Assembly (NCBI GenBank): GCA_000996355.1
Contig: LCAH01000005.1
Coordinates: forward strand, 1-47,146
Source of the DNA: Candidatus Uhrbacteria bacterium GW2011_GWC2_41_11
GTDB taxonomy: Bacteria > Patescibacteriota > Patescibacteriia > UBA9934 > GWF2-40-263
Direction: 5' to 3'
Length of the DNA stretch: 47,146 nt
Below, piece by piece: positions 38,632-47,146 of the stretch. Below the pieces are notes generated by a model that saw only the letters and a list, made by a program, of their open reading frames with translations, ran no database searches and was not told the DNA's origin. The translations under genes and the position numbers were made by a program. How positions within the stretch are numbered: position 1 is the stretch's first letter; each line of letters starts with the position of its first letter.

Positions 38632-39558
38632 TTATTCACCGAATTTTTTCATGAGGTTCGTCCCGATCTCAAGGAGATACGGCGTGCCTGTCCGCGGATT
38701 TCCGCCTTCGAGATCGCGTTCCAAAAACGACGGAAGACCTTTATTCGAGAAGCGAGGAGATGCAATCCCCCAAACAATCGCGGCCACACTGTCTGTGTCG
38801 CCTCCCCACCGAATCACCTGCTCAAGCATTTGCATCAAGGAGGTGCCGTGCATAAGCAGATCAACCGCTGCATGGACGGTTGTGATTGCCACGGATGCAT
38901 GCGGTTTCCTTGTCACTGGCACTCCAGACCAACGGTGACGAAACACATAACCAAACCGATCTAGATCCTCTTTTGGAAGGTGCTGGAAACAATACTTAGA
39001 CAATGCGGAAAAAGATCCACTTTCGTACAGAGCAAAATGACTCATGAGTGCCACAGCTCTGGCGCTGAATCGACCCTCGGGTGTGTCATGTGTGATACGT
39101 GCTTGAAGAGTAGAAACTTCGAGTACTTCAGCAACTGTTCGCAAAACTCCGAACGGGACTGCGCGCATACACGCGCCATTTTTATCCGAATTCGGATGGA
39201 TTGCTTCAAGAAGCTCTGTACCGGACGTAACCTTTTCCAACAAAACCTGAAAACCACGGGAGTATCCTTTCCGCCTCCCTCCGCGTTGAAACTCCCGAAC
39301 CCAAGCATTCGCGAACATGAGGGGTGTGTACGGCGGATGTTCCTCAATCAACACCCGCGCGTTTGCGACACTCATCTCGGTGTCATCCGAATAGACACCC
39401 GGTTTGTGCTGATGTGTCGGATGAATCTCGTATCCCAGAAATAGAAGACTTCGATCGAACACCACACGATCACGCGGAAGTCGAATATATTCGACTGCAA
39501 GTGCATCAGCATCGGCTGTTGCCAAACGAACAAACATCTCCGGATCAGGATAACGCAT
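38632..39558 (-). CDS. ADP-ribosylglycohydrolase (DraG/ARH) family protein
   Basis: YSDDTEMS, NGACMRA, ITH, GGDTDSVAAI. Confidence 0.9.
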   Translation of the reverse strand: MRYPDPEMFVRLATADADALAVEYIRLPRDRVVFDRSLLFLGYEIHPTHQHKPGVYSDDTEMSVANARVLIEEHPPYTPLMFANAWVREFQRGGRRKGYSRGFQVLLEKVTSGTELLEAIHPNSDKNGACMRAVPFGVLRTVAEVLEVSTLQARITHDTPEGRFSARAVALMSHFALYESGSFSALSKYCFQHLPKEDLDRFGYVFRHRWSGVPVTRKPHASVAITTVHAAVDLLMHGTSLMQMLEQVIRWGGDTDSVAAIVWGIASPRFSNKGLPSFLERDLEGGNPRTGTPYLLEIGTNLMKKFGE

Positions 39559-39710
39559 GAATTTTCTCCTCTTATGAAAGCCTGCATGATAAAAGAACTA
39601 AAATATTCTTATCACAAAAGATCTTTTTGGACAATTCATAGCATAAATAATTTGGTTCTTTTTGAAAAAAAGCATAGAATGAAATCAATTTCCTCTTTTA
39701 TTTTCGTTTT

Positions 39711-40514
39711 ATGAACGTACAACCATCCGAACGTGGGACAGTCCAACCACATCCATCTTTTTCCGAACGTCCTTCTCCAAAAAAGAAACCAGATACACTG
39801 GAAACACGAGCCCTGCGATGGGATCAATTTTTCGATGATATTATGAGGGAAGGAAAAGATGCTGTCATTGCTCGATGTGAAAAAAGTCCTGCCACCCTTC
39901 CTTATATCAAACAAACCCTTGAAGCAGAACGACGGAAATTACCTCAAGTTCAGCGCAAAGAATTTATCCGATTTTATACAGATATTCTTCGACAATTTGA
40001 AACACCTAAACGAAGAGAAACAAAAAAAGCTCCTCAAAGAGAACAGAAAGAAGGAGATGTGGCACCAGCGGTTCTTCGGGCTGTCAAAAAAGCATCTGCC
40101 CTTGCAAAAGAATCCGAAACAAAAGAAATGGAATCTTTCAAAAAAAATCAAACAGACCTTGCAAAGTATATACAAGAACGTGATTCTCTTCCCACGTGGA
40201 AATTTTGGAACAAAGAGGTTCAAAGAAGGAATAAAGAACTTGAACAAGAGATCATGATTCTTGAAGTCAAAATCCAATCAAAAAAAGACCGCATCGTTCG
40301 AGAAAAAATTCTTCCAATCATTGAGGCAACTTCACAGCTTCCGTCAAAATCATCTGAAGCTCGTCTCCGAGATCTTTCCCATCGCCTGAAACAAATTCCT
40401 CGGTGGCAAATTTGGAAAATGAGTGAACGCACACAACTAAAAACTGAAATGCAAGAAATCAAAAATCAACTCGTGAGACAAACAGTCATCGAAGCCATCA
40501 GAGGACTCAAATAA
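39711..40514 (+). CDS. Hypothetical basic coiled-coil protein
   Basis: K/E/R-rich helices, repeated PxW(K/Q)xW motif. Confidence 0.7.
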   Translation: MNVQPSERGTVQPHPSFSERPSPKKKPDTLETRALRWDQFFDDIMREGKDAVIARCEKSPATLPYIKQTLEAERRKLPQVQRKEFIRFYTDILRQFETPKRRETKKAPQREQKEGDVAPAVLRAVKKASALAKESETKEMESFKKNQTDLAKYIQERDSLPTWKFWNKEVQRRNKELEQEIMILEVKIQSKKDRIVREKILPIIEATSQLPSKSSEARLRDLSHRLKQIPRWQIWKMSERTQLKTEMQEIKNQLVRQTVIEAIRGLK

Positions 40515-40588
40515 AAATCGCCTGTGTCATATTAGGCGGTCACAATCTCATCCACGAAAAAATGGACGGATGATATTTTTATATTTTT

Positions 40589-41056
40589 TTATTCTCGATT
40601 TAGTCGATGATTTACTTTTCGATCCGAAAAAAGCAAAAAAAGTGAAGCAATAAAAATACTCAAAATCGTTGCTTGGGAAACAAGACAAAGAAGGCACCAC
40701 GCATGAATTACCCATGCCTCAAGTCCGGTCAAATATCCACTGAATCCAAGACCTCCGGTTGAAGCGAGAACCAAAAAAGCAGAAGATCCGATATCTTCCG
40801 ATTGTCGCAGATGAAGAATGGCTCCTGCTCCCAATAAAAGATACCCAAAAATTCCAATCAAAGCGACTGGAATGCCAGCTATTTCTGAATACGGTCCACG
40901 ACTGACAATGCCACAATCAAACGTTGCATTCAGGGTACAAAATGATCCAGAAACAATATTATTGTGATATGCCAAAGAATATCCCGCGATTCCAAGACCA
41001 AAAAGAGATAAAACAAGAATCAAGAAAGAAATCTTTTTTGAATGTTTGGTAACCAT
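40589..41056 (-). CDS. Vitamin K epoxide reductase (VKOR) family protein
   Basis: CTLNATFDC, SRGPYS, GIPVA, CLLC, 4 TMs. Confidence 0.92.
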   Translation of the reverse strand: MVTKHSKKISFLILVLSLFGLGIAGYSLAYHNNIVSGSFCTLNATFDCGIVSRGPYSEIAGIPVALIGIFGYLLLGAGAILHLRQSEDIGSSAFLVLASTGGLGFSGYLTGLEAWVIHAWCLLCLVSQATILSIFIASLFLLFSDRKVNHRLNRE

Positions 41057-41173
41057 ATTTATTTCAAAATGTTTATCCCATCATACAACAAAAAAAGATT
41101 TTTGCAAGTTATAAACCAAATATAACAAAAAAATAGATTTTGTCGCACATTTCAGTTATAGTAACCATGTTAT

Positions 41174-42517
41174 ATGCATACTCGCGTTCGAAGAATTGTT
41201 TTTCTCGCGTTTTTTATTGCCTTTTTCATTTCCGCTCCGATTGTCGTCCTTTACACAGCCGGTTATCGGTTCAGTTGGCAGTATCAAACTCTCGTTCGGA
41301 CAGGGTTGCTTTCGCTTGCCACTATTCCAAAAGGAGCAACGGTTATTCTAGACGGAAAATATCAAAAACAAACAACACCTGTCCTTTTAAATACTTTACT
41401 TCCAGGTCTGCATGAGGTTCGTCTAGAAAAAGAAGGATATTATCCCTGGAAAAAAATTCTGGAAATTCAAGAAAATACAACCACATTCATGCATACCGCT
41501 GTCCTTTTTCTTCAAAACAACCCTCTACTGACCATTCCTGAAAATTTCCCTGCAATCGCGGTTGATCCACAAGGAAAACATATCGCGTATGCACGCGAAG
41601 AAAATGAGTGGACAGAAATTTGGTCACAAGATATGACAGGGGCAAAAACACTGCTTTTACGTCTCCCTGACTCTGAATTTGATGATTTGACAATTAACTG
41701 GTCTCCAAAAGGAGCATACATCCTTATCAAGGAAGAACAAGAGGCTGTTTGCCAATGGCGAGTCATGAGTCCGGATGGTCAAATTCGTTTAGATGTGAAT
41801 ACTCTTTTTTCCTTTCCTCTTTCCCAAGTTTCCTTTGATCCGACATGGGATCATTTGCTCTATGCAACAGATACGCAAGGAGTCCACTTGCTTGATTTAT
41901 TAAAACAAACAACCAAACTCATTGCCCCAGACTCTTTCGCTGCTCTTCAAACAGAAAAAGGAATGATAACCCTTGAAACAACAGGGGATCGAATAACCGT
42001 TCGCAAACATACGACAGAACCAGAGAACCAAATTCTTGCTTATATTCCCAAAGAAATCTATCGATTTCTTCCAGCTCCGGAAGGATATTATCTTCTTGAG
42101 ACTGCATCAAAAAAAATTCTCCTCTTGGATGCAAGCGGTGCAGATCGTCCTATTCTTCTTCATACAGATGCAAACCACGTGTCATGGAGTCCTGAAAATG
42201 GACGACAACTTCTCTATGCAAACGATTTTGAAATTCACATCTATGATGCAGATAATCATACAGATGAACTTCTCACACGCTTGAGCCGACCTATTGGAAC
42301 GGTCCGGTGGTACCCGACTGCTGCGACGGTTCTCTATACAGACACCACAGGTTTATTTGCCATTGAATTGGATCGTCGTGATCGGCGTAATGTTTTCACA
42401 CTCGGTTCGTGGAAATCCATTGAACAGATGTGGATCGATCCAAAAGGAAAAAAAGTGTTTGTAGTTGGTTCTACAGAAACGGAAAGCGGATTATTTGAGG
42501 TAAAGTTGGAAAAGTAA
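41174..42517 (+). CDS. PEGA domain plus beta-propeller membrane-anchored protein
   Basis: TM, YTAGYR, PKGATVILDG...LLPGLHEVRLEKEGYYPW, WSP blade motifs. Confidence 0.85.
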   Translation: MHTRVRRIVFLAFFIAFFISAPIVVLYTAGYRFSWQYQTLVRTGLLSLATIPKGATVILDGKYQKQTTPVLLNTLLPGLHEVRLEKEGYYPWKKILEIQENTTTFMHTAVLFLQNNPLLTIPENFPAIAVDPQGKHIAYAREENEWTEIWSQDMTGAKTLLLRLPDSEFDDLTINWSPKGAYILIKEEQEAVCQWRVMSPDGQIRLDVNTLFSFPLSQVSFDPTWDHLLYATDTQGVHLLDLLKQTTKLIAPDSFAALQTEKGMITLETTGDRITVRKHTTEPENQILAYIPKEIYRFLPAPEGYYLLETASKKILLLDASGADRPILLHTDANHVSWSPENGRQLLYANDFEIHIYDADNHTDELLTRLSRPIGTVRWYPTAATVLYTDTTGLFAIELDRRDRRNVFTLGSWKSIEQMWIDPKGKKVFVVGSTETESGLFEVKLEK

Positions 42518-42533
42518 TCTTTTGGAACATCTT

Positions 42534-43619
42534 TTATAGTTCTACAATAGAATGATCACCAACAATAAGACGATGACCGCTCATGGGTAATGTCTTTTGT
42601 CGCGAAACAATCGTCACGTGACGACCAATCATTGAACCGTCAATACGACCAATATCTTTTAAGGTGACATTATCCAAGAGGACAGAATGTTCGATTTCCG
42701 CTCCATCAATCACACATCCGGAACCAATCGTCGTAAACGGACCAATAAACGTGTTCCGAATCTCACACTCTTCTCCAATAATGACCGGTCCGCGAATGAG
42801 AACATTCGGACCGATTTTTGTTCCTTTTTCCACTTTTACCAATCCCTGAATTTGCACAGACGGATCCATCTGACCTTCGATAACATAGCTTTCATGCGGA
42901 AGGGTGTTCATGGCCAAAATATTTCCATCTAATAATTGATCCGGACGACCTGGATCCTTCCACCACCCATCAACGATGTCATATCCAACACGAAACCCAT
43001 TTTGAATCAGCCAGGTATGAATGTCAGAAATTTCATATTCTCCCCGAGCAGAAGGACGCATGTGTTTAAACGCTTCAAAAAAATGTTTGTCGTAAATATA
43101 CACGCCTGTGACTGCCAAATCACTCGGAGGAATTTGCGGTTTTTCCACCACACGAACAAGCCTGCCATCAGAACCAAATTCAGCCACGCCAAGTTCTTTT
43201 AAGTTTGGAGCGCGCGAAAGGGTCAGAGCACAATGCAATCCGGTATTCAAAAAACGATCGACAATGTTTTTGATCCCTGCACGAAAAATATTGTCTCCAA
43301 GATGAAAAATAAATGGTTCATCTTCTCCAAGAAATTCTCGGGCATTATATACCGCATGCGCAATTCCAAGCGGACCTCCCTGCTGTTCAATATAAGTTAT
43401 TTTTACCCTCCAACGTGAACCATCCCCGACAACAGATCGCACTTCCGTATCGCCCGGATTGATATTGATTGCGATCTCTTTAACTCCGGCGTTCACAACG
43501 TTTTCAATCGGATAAAAAATCATGGGTTTACCAGCAAGCGGAAGCAAATGTTTGTTCATGGACCACGTCAACGGCCGAAAACGCGTGGCTCGACCTCCTG
43601 CGGCAATGAGAGCTTTCAT
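42534..43619 (-). CDS. rfbA: Glucose-1-phosphate thymidylyltransferase (long form)
   Basis: AGGRATRFRP, KHLLP, LGDN, EKP, SARGEYEI, C-terminal hexapeptide repeats. Confidence 0.93.
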   Translation of the reverse strand: MKALIAAGGRATRFRPLTWSMNKHLLPLAGKPMIFYPIENVVNAGVKEIAININPGDTEVRSVVGDGSRWRVKITYIEQQGGPLGIAHAVYNAREFLGEDEPFIFHLGDNIFRAGIKNIVDRFLNTGLHCALTLSRAPNLKELGVAEFGSDGRLVRVVEKPQIPPSDLAVTGVYIYDKHFFEAFKHMRPSARGEYEISDIHTWLIQNGFRVGYDIVDGWWKDPGRPDQLLDGNILAMNTLPHESYVIEGQMDPSVQIQGLVKVEKGTKIGPNVLIRGPVIIGEECEIRNTFIGPFTTIGSGCVIDGAEIEHSVLLDNVTLKDIGRIDGSMIGRHVTIVSRQKTLPMSGHRLIVGDHSIVEL

Positions 43620-43698
43620 ACCTTTCAAGACTATCTAATTTAAGCGAAGGTTGCAAGAAAAAAACTTCTTTGTTTAAGAAGTTTTTGAAATGAAAAAA

Positions 43699-44565
43699 TT
43701 ATGAACAAAACTCGCAAAAAATCATTTCTCCGCGACGAGCGCGAGCATATTTTTCCATCGTATCTCTCAACGCTTCAGACACAGGACGCATCACAATCCC
43801 CGCTTCGATCAAACGATCCGATGTAAGAATATTATTTGACCGTGTCTTAGACACAATTCCTTGTGCAACCAAATCATTGTTGGAAATCCATTCGCATGTA
43901 TGTGAAGGATTCACGAGATCGCGATACAATTCGATAAGATCGCGATGTTTCATAATTCCCGGATTGGTCGCATGAAAGAGACCAGGCAATTGACGTTCAA
44001 GAAGTTGGTGGCAAACACTCATCAAATCGTCGATGATTGTCACACTATTTTCAACATCAATGACTTTTGAAAACGATGATACTTTGTCAATCAAATTTCC
44101 AGAAGACGGAATATGATCGATCGGCATGCGTAAACGAGCAATACCCACATTTGGCATAGTCGAAAGAACAAGATCTGCTGCCCATTTACTTCGGCTGTAT
44201 ACAGGAAGTGGGTTCCCAAAATCATTTTCACGCCAAGCATGATCCGGATGCGGCGAATCCCCATAAAAAATACAACCGGATCCAAGATGCAAAAGATACA
44301 CTCCTGCTTTCGCACATGCCTGTGCAAGCAACAGAGGAACAAGAACATTTCCTTGTACCGTCTCATACGGGTGTGCATCGCACCAGTCAACATTTGGTTT
44401 TCCTTTTACACCAACGGCACTAAATACAACATCTGGTTGATGACGCTGAATTTCTGCAAGAGCTGATTCCTCACTTGTGACATGAACATCCGTGAGCACA
44501 GAATCCTTCCATGCTCCATGACACCGTTGTCCAAGATAACCATGACCGAAAATAAGAATCTTCAT
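43699..44565 (-). CDS. NRS/ER-like NDP-4-keto-6-deoxyglucose 3,5-epimerase/4-reductase (RmlD substrate-binding family)
   Basis: GHGYLG, GKPNVDWC, GSGCIF, YSRSK, RLRMPI, RSNNIL. Confidence 0.85.
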   Translation of the reverse strand: MKILIFGHGYLGQRCHGAWKDSVLTDVHVTSEESALAEIQRHQPDVVFSAVGVKGKPNVDWCDAHPYETVQGNVLVPLLLAQACAKAGVYLLHLGSGCIFYGDSPHPDHAWRENDFGNPLPVYSRSKWAADLVLSTMPNVGIARLRMPIDHIPSSGNLIDKVSSFSKVIDVENSVTIIDDLMSVCHQLLERQLPGLFHATNPGIMKHRDLIELYRDLVNPSHTCEWISNNDLVAQGIVSKTRSNNILTSDRLIEAGIVMRPVSEALRDTMEKYARARRGEMIFCEFCS

Positions 44566-45599
44566 ACTTTTTTTTCCTCCAATAAAGCACCTATTTTTGG
44601 TGCGTAATTTTGCTCATAATACGCTTGATACGTACCGCTTTTACAACGAGCGACCCAATCTTGATGGGCTGCGTACCAATCTGTCGTACGACGAAGCCCT
44701 TCATCAAGGGAAACAAGTGGTTTCCAACCAAGTTCTTGCTGTGCTTTGGAAAAATCCATGGCATACCGACGATCATGACCTGGACGATCTTTCACAAATT
44801 CAATAGAACTTTCCTTTTTTCCAAGAATAGCCAAAAGACGGCGAATAAGTTCCAAGTTTGTTGTTTCTGCCTCGCCTCCAAACAAATAGGTTTCTCCCAT
44901 GCGACCATGTCGAAGAACGGTATCAATGGCTCGACAATGATCTTCCACGAAAATCCAGTCGCGTACTTGTCCGCCATCACCGTATACAGGAATTTTTTGT
45001 CCTTCAAATAAATGGGAGATACTAAGCGGGATCAGTTTTTCCGGAAACATATACGGTCCGTAGTTGTTGGAACAATTGGAAAGAGTGACGGGAAGTTTGT
45101 GTGTGTGAAAGTACGAACGAACAAGATGATCTGATGCTGCTTTGGTTGCCGAATACGGATTACGCGGAGCATAGGGAGTTTGTTCATTAAATGGAGGATC
45201 ATACGGACCAAGCGCTCCAAATACTTCATCCGTCGATACATGATGAAAACGTTTTCCGCCTGCAGCAACCGCTGCATCAAGTAACGTCTGGGTTCCAGCC
45301 ACATTTGTTCGCACAAAAGAAGAAGCATCCAGAATGGAACGATCTACATGTGTTTCCGCAGCAATATGGACAATCGCATCAACCATTTTTACCATTTCAA
45401 AAACAAATGGACGATGACAAATATCCACTTTTACAAACGTATAACGAGGATCATGCTCAACATCCGCCAAATTTTCCAAATTGCCAGCATACGTAAGCGC
45501 ATCCATGTTTATCACCTGATCTTCCGGATGTTCACGCAACATATATCGGATAAAATTGGAACCGATGAATCCGGCTCCGCCTGTCACAAGAATTTTCAT
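44562..45599 (-). CDS. rfbB: dTDP-glucose 4,6-dehydratase
   Basis: GGAGFIG, AAETHVDRS, STDEV, YSATK, RPGHDRRY. Confidence 0.96.
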   Translation of the reverse strand: MKILVTGGAGFIGSNFIRYMLREHPEDQVINMDALTYAGNLENLADVEHDPRYTFVKVDICHRPFVFEMVKMVDAIVHIAAETHVDRSILDASSFVRTNVAGTQTLLDAAVAAGGKRFHHVSTDEVFGALGPYDPPFNEQTPYAPRNPYSATKAASDHLVRSYFHTHKLPVTLSNCSNNYGPYMFPEKLIPLSISHLFEGQKIPVYGDGGQVRDWIFVEDHCRAIDTVLRHGRMGETYLFGGEAETTNLELIRRLLAILGKKESSIEFVKDRPGHDRRYAMDFSKAQQELGWKPLVSLDEGLRRTTDWYAAHQDWVARCKSGTYQAYYEQNYAPKIGALLEEKKV

Positions 45600-45640
45600 A
45601 GTGTCATGAGCTTACACGCGGGAAGATTTTGGGTCAATTT

Positions 45641-46312
45641 TCAAAAAATTTGAACCCGATACCCTTTTCTCTTTGCATCAGTGATAAGAGCGGTTTGATG
45701 TTCATGTATATAAATAACTCCCACAATTTCGATTCCTGCAGGAATTTCTGTTGCAGGAATATTCAAAAGTTCTAAATTATTCCTTATTTTTGTGTCTCTT
45801 AAAGCTTCAAGTGAAATAAGTTTGTCATTATCATTAACACCTAAATTCCCGGAAATTTCTTTTGAAATTCCATCAAGATTTTCCAATTGATTATGAGATA
45901 AAAAAAGACCACCTGTCACTTTTCTTGGCAATCCAATAAGAGAAGAAAGATTACTTTTATCAAAACCGATAAACCCCCTAACCTCCTCCGGCATTCCTTG
46001 AGGAGATGAAAGATTATTATAACTACAATCAAAACCTCCACTAACTTTTTTCGGATATCCATTGAGTTTTAAAGAGGGATTATGAGAAATACTTAAACCT
46101 CCTTTCACTTCCATCAGACCAATAGGAAGACAAAAGATTTCTGTCTTTTCTAAAATCAAATTTCCCCACACAACCGTTGTTCCGTCTTTTTGAAACTCAA
46201 ACGTGCCATCCACCCAATTTTCATCTTTCCCAAAACTTTCTGCCCATTTGATATAGTCTTCTTTTATCCAGAGAGGATCTTTTTTCACTTCCTTTTGTTC
46301 TTTTCCACTCAT
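45641..46312 (-). CDS. LRR-like beta-solenoid repeat protein (copy 1, 5' extension apparently frameshifted)
   Basis: About 22-aa repeats such as VxGxLxLSHNxLxSLxGLP. Confidence 0.8.
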   Translation of the reverse strand: MSGKEQKEVKKDPLWIKEDYIKWAESFGKDENWVDGTFEFQKDGTTVVWGNLILEKTEIFCLPIGLMEVKGGLSISHNPSLKLNGYPKKVSGGFDCSYNNLSSPQGMPEEVRGFIGFDKSNLSSLIGLPRKVTGGLFLSHNQLENLDGISKEISGNLGVNDNDKLISLEALRDTKIRNNLELLNIPATEIPAGIEIVGVIYIHEHQTALITDAKRKGYRVQIF

Positions 46313-46466
46313 GGAAATATCTGCAGGAGGAAGGTCTTGTTGTGGTTCTGATTTGGAAGGTTCATCTTCTCCTAAGGCTTCTGTCAGGAGATTCTTGGTT
46401 TAATTGAGAAGTATGAAAGGGATTATCAAGAGAGTTGGGAGACATAGAAAGAAAATAACTAGGACT

Positions 46467-47146
46467 TTAAACAATTTCGACTTGATACCCTTTTTTCTTT
46501 GCATCAGCGATAAGGTCTGTTTGGGATGATTTTATAAAGATATTTCCTCCAATTTGAATTCCTACAGGAATCGTTGTTGCGGGAATATCTCTCACCTTTC
46601 AAAGCTTCGAGTGAAGTAAGTTGGTTATTCCCTCCAAGATTTAAATTCCCGGAAATTTCTTTTGAAATTCCATTAAGGTTTTCTAATTGATTATGATATA
46701 AAGAAAGATTACCCATCACTTCATTTGGTAATCCGCCAAGAAAAGAGATCTTATTAGATTCCAGATATATATCTCCATCAAACTCCTCCGGCATTCCTTG
46801 AAGAGATGAAAGATTGTTATGACTACACCCAAAATATCCATCAACCCTCTTTGGATATCCATTGAGTTTAAAAGAGGGATTTTCAGAAATATAAAGAATT
46901 CCTTTTACTTCCATGAGACCGATGGGAAGTTGTTTGATTCCTTTACCTTCTAAAACCAAATTTGCGTTTACAATCGTCGTTCCATCCGGTTGAAACTCAA
47001 ATGTTTCATTCACCCATGCTTCATCTTTTCCAAAACTTTCTGCCCATTCAATGTATTGATCTTTTGTCCAATATGGTTCTTTTTCTACCTCTCTTTGTTC
47101 TTCTGTACTCATGGAGATATCTGAAGTGGGAGGAAGGTTTGGTTGT
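46467..47146 (-). pseudogene. LRR-like repeat protein (copy 2), frameshifted near the 3' end, 5' end probably beyond the window
   Basis: Paralog of copy 1. The homologous C-terminus DIPATTIPVGIQIGG...ADAKKKGYQVEIV* is in another frame after about 46592. Confidence 0.8.

Overview
Gene-dense, AT-rich bacterial chromosomal segment. The gene set (leader-poor housekeeping genes, class II RNR, VKOR, PEGA protein, several ECF sigmas, many orphans) looks like Patescibacteria/CPR, which is an inference. Recognisable content: a large alpha-2-macroglobulin-type gene truncated at the left edge, three ECF sigma factors each followed by a membrane-anchored partner, uvrC, tRNA-Pro(CGG), nrdJ plus a cob(I)alamin adenosyltransferase under tandem NrdR boxes, LOG, PEBP, AI-2E transporter, pseudouridine synthase, ADP-ribosylglycohydrolase, a dTDP-rhamnose cluster that uses an NRS/ER-like enzyme in place of RmlC/RmlD, and two decaying tandem LRR-like paralogs. 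The standout is 32.3-33.44 kb. Two tandem consensus sigma70 promoters drive about 1 kb of GC-rich DNA with no credible long ORF. It folds into a dense series of helices with + strand G-U pairs and possible pseudoknots, and ends in a strong intrinsic terminator. I read it as a candidate large structured non-coding RNA that I cannot assign to a known class. A second unusual RNA/DNA element (a 26-bp hairpin holding tandem 9-mers, with an inverted degenerate copy) brackets an orphan gene at 9.7-10.9 kb.
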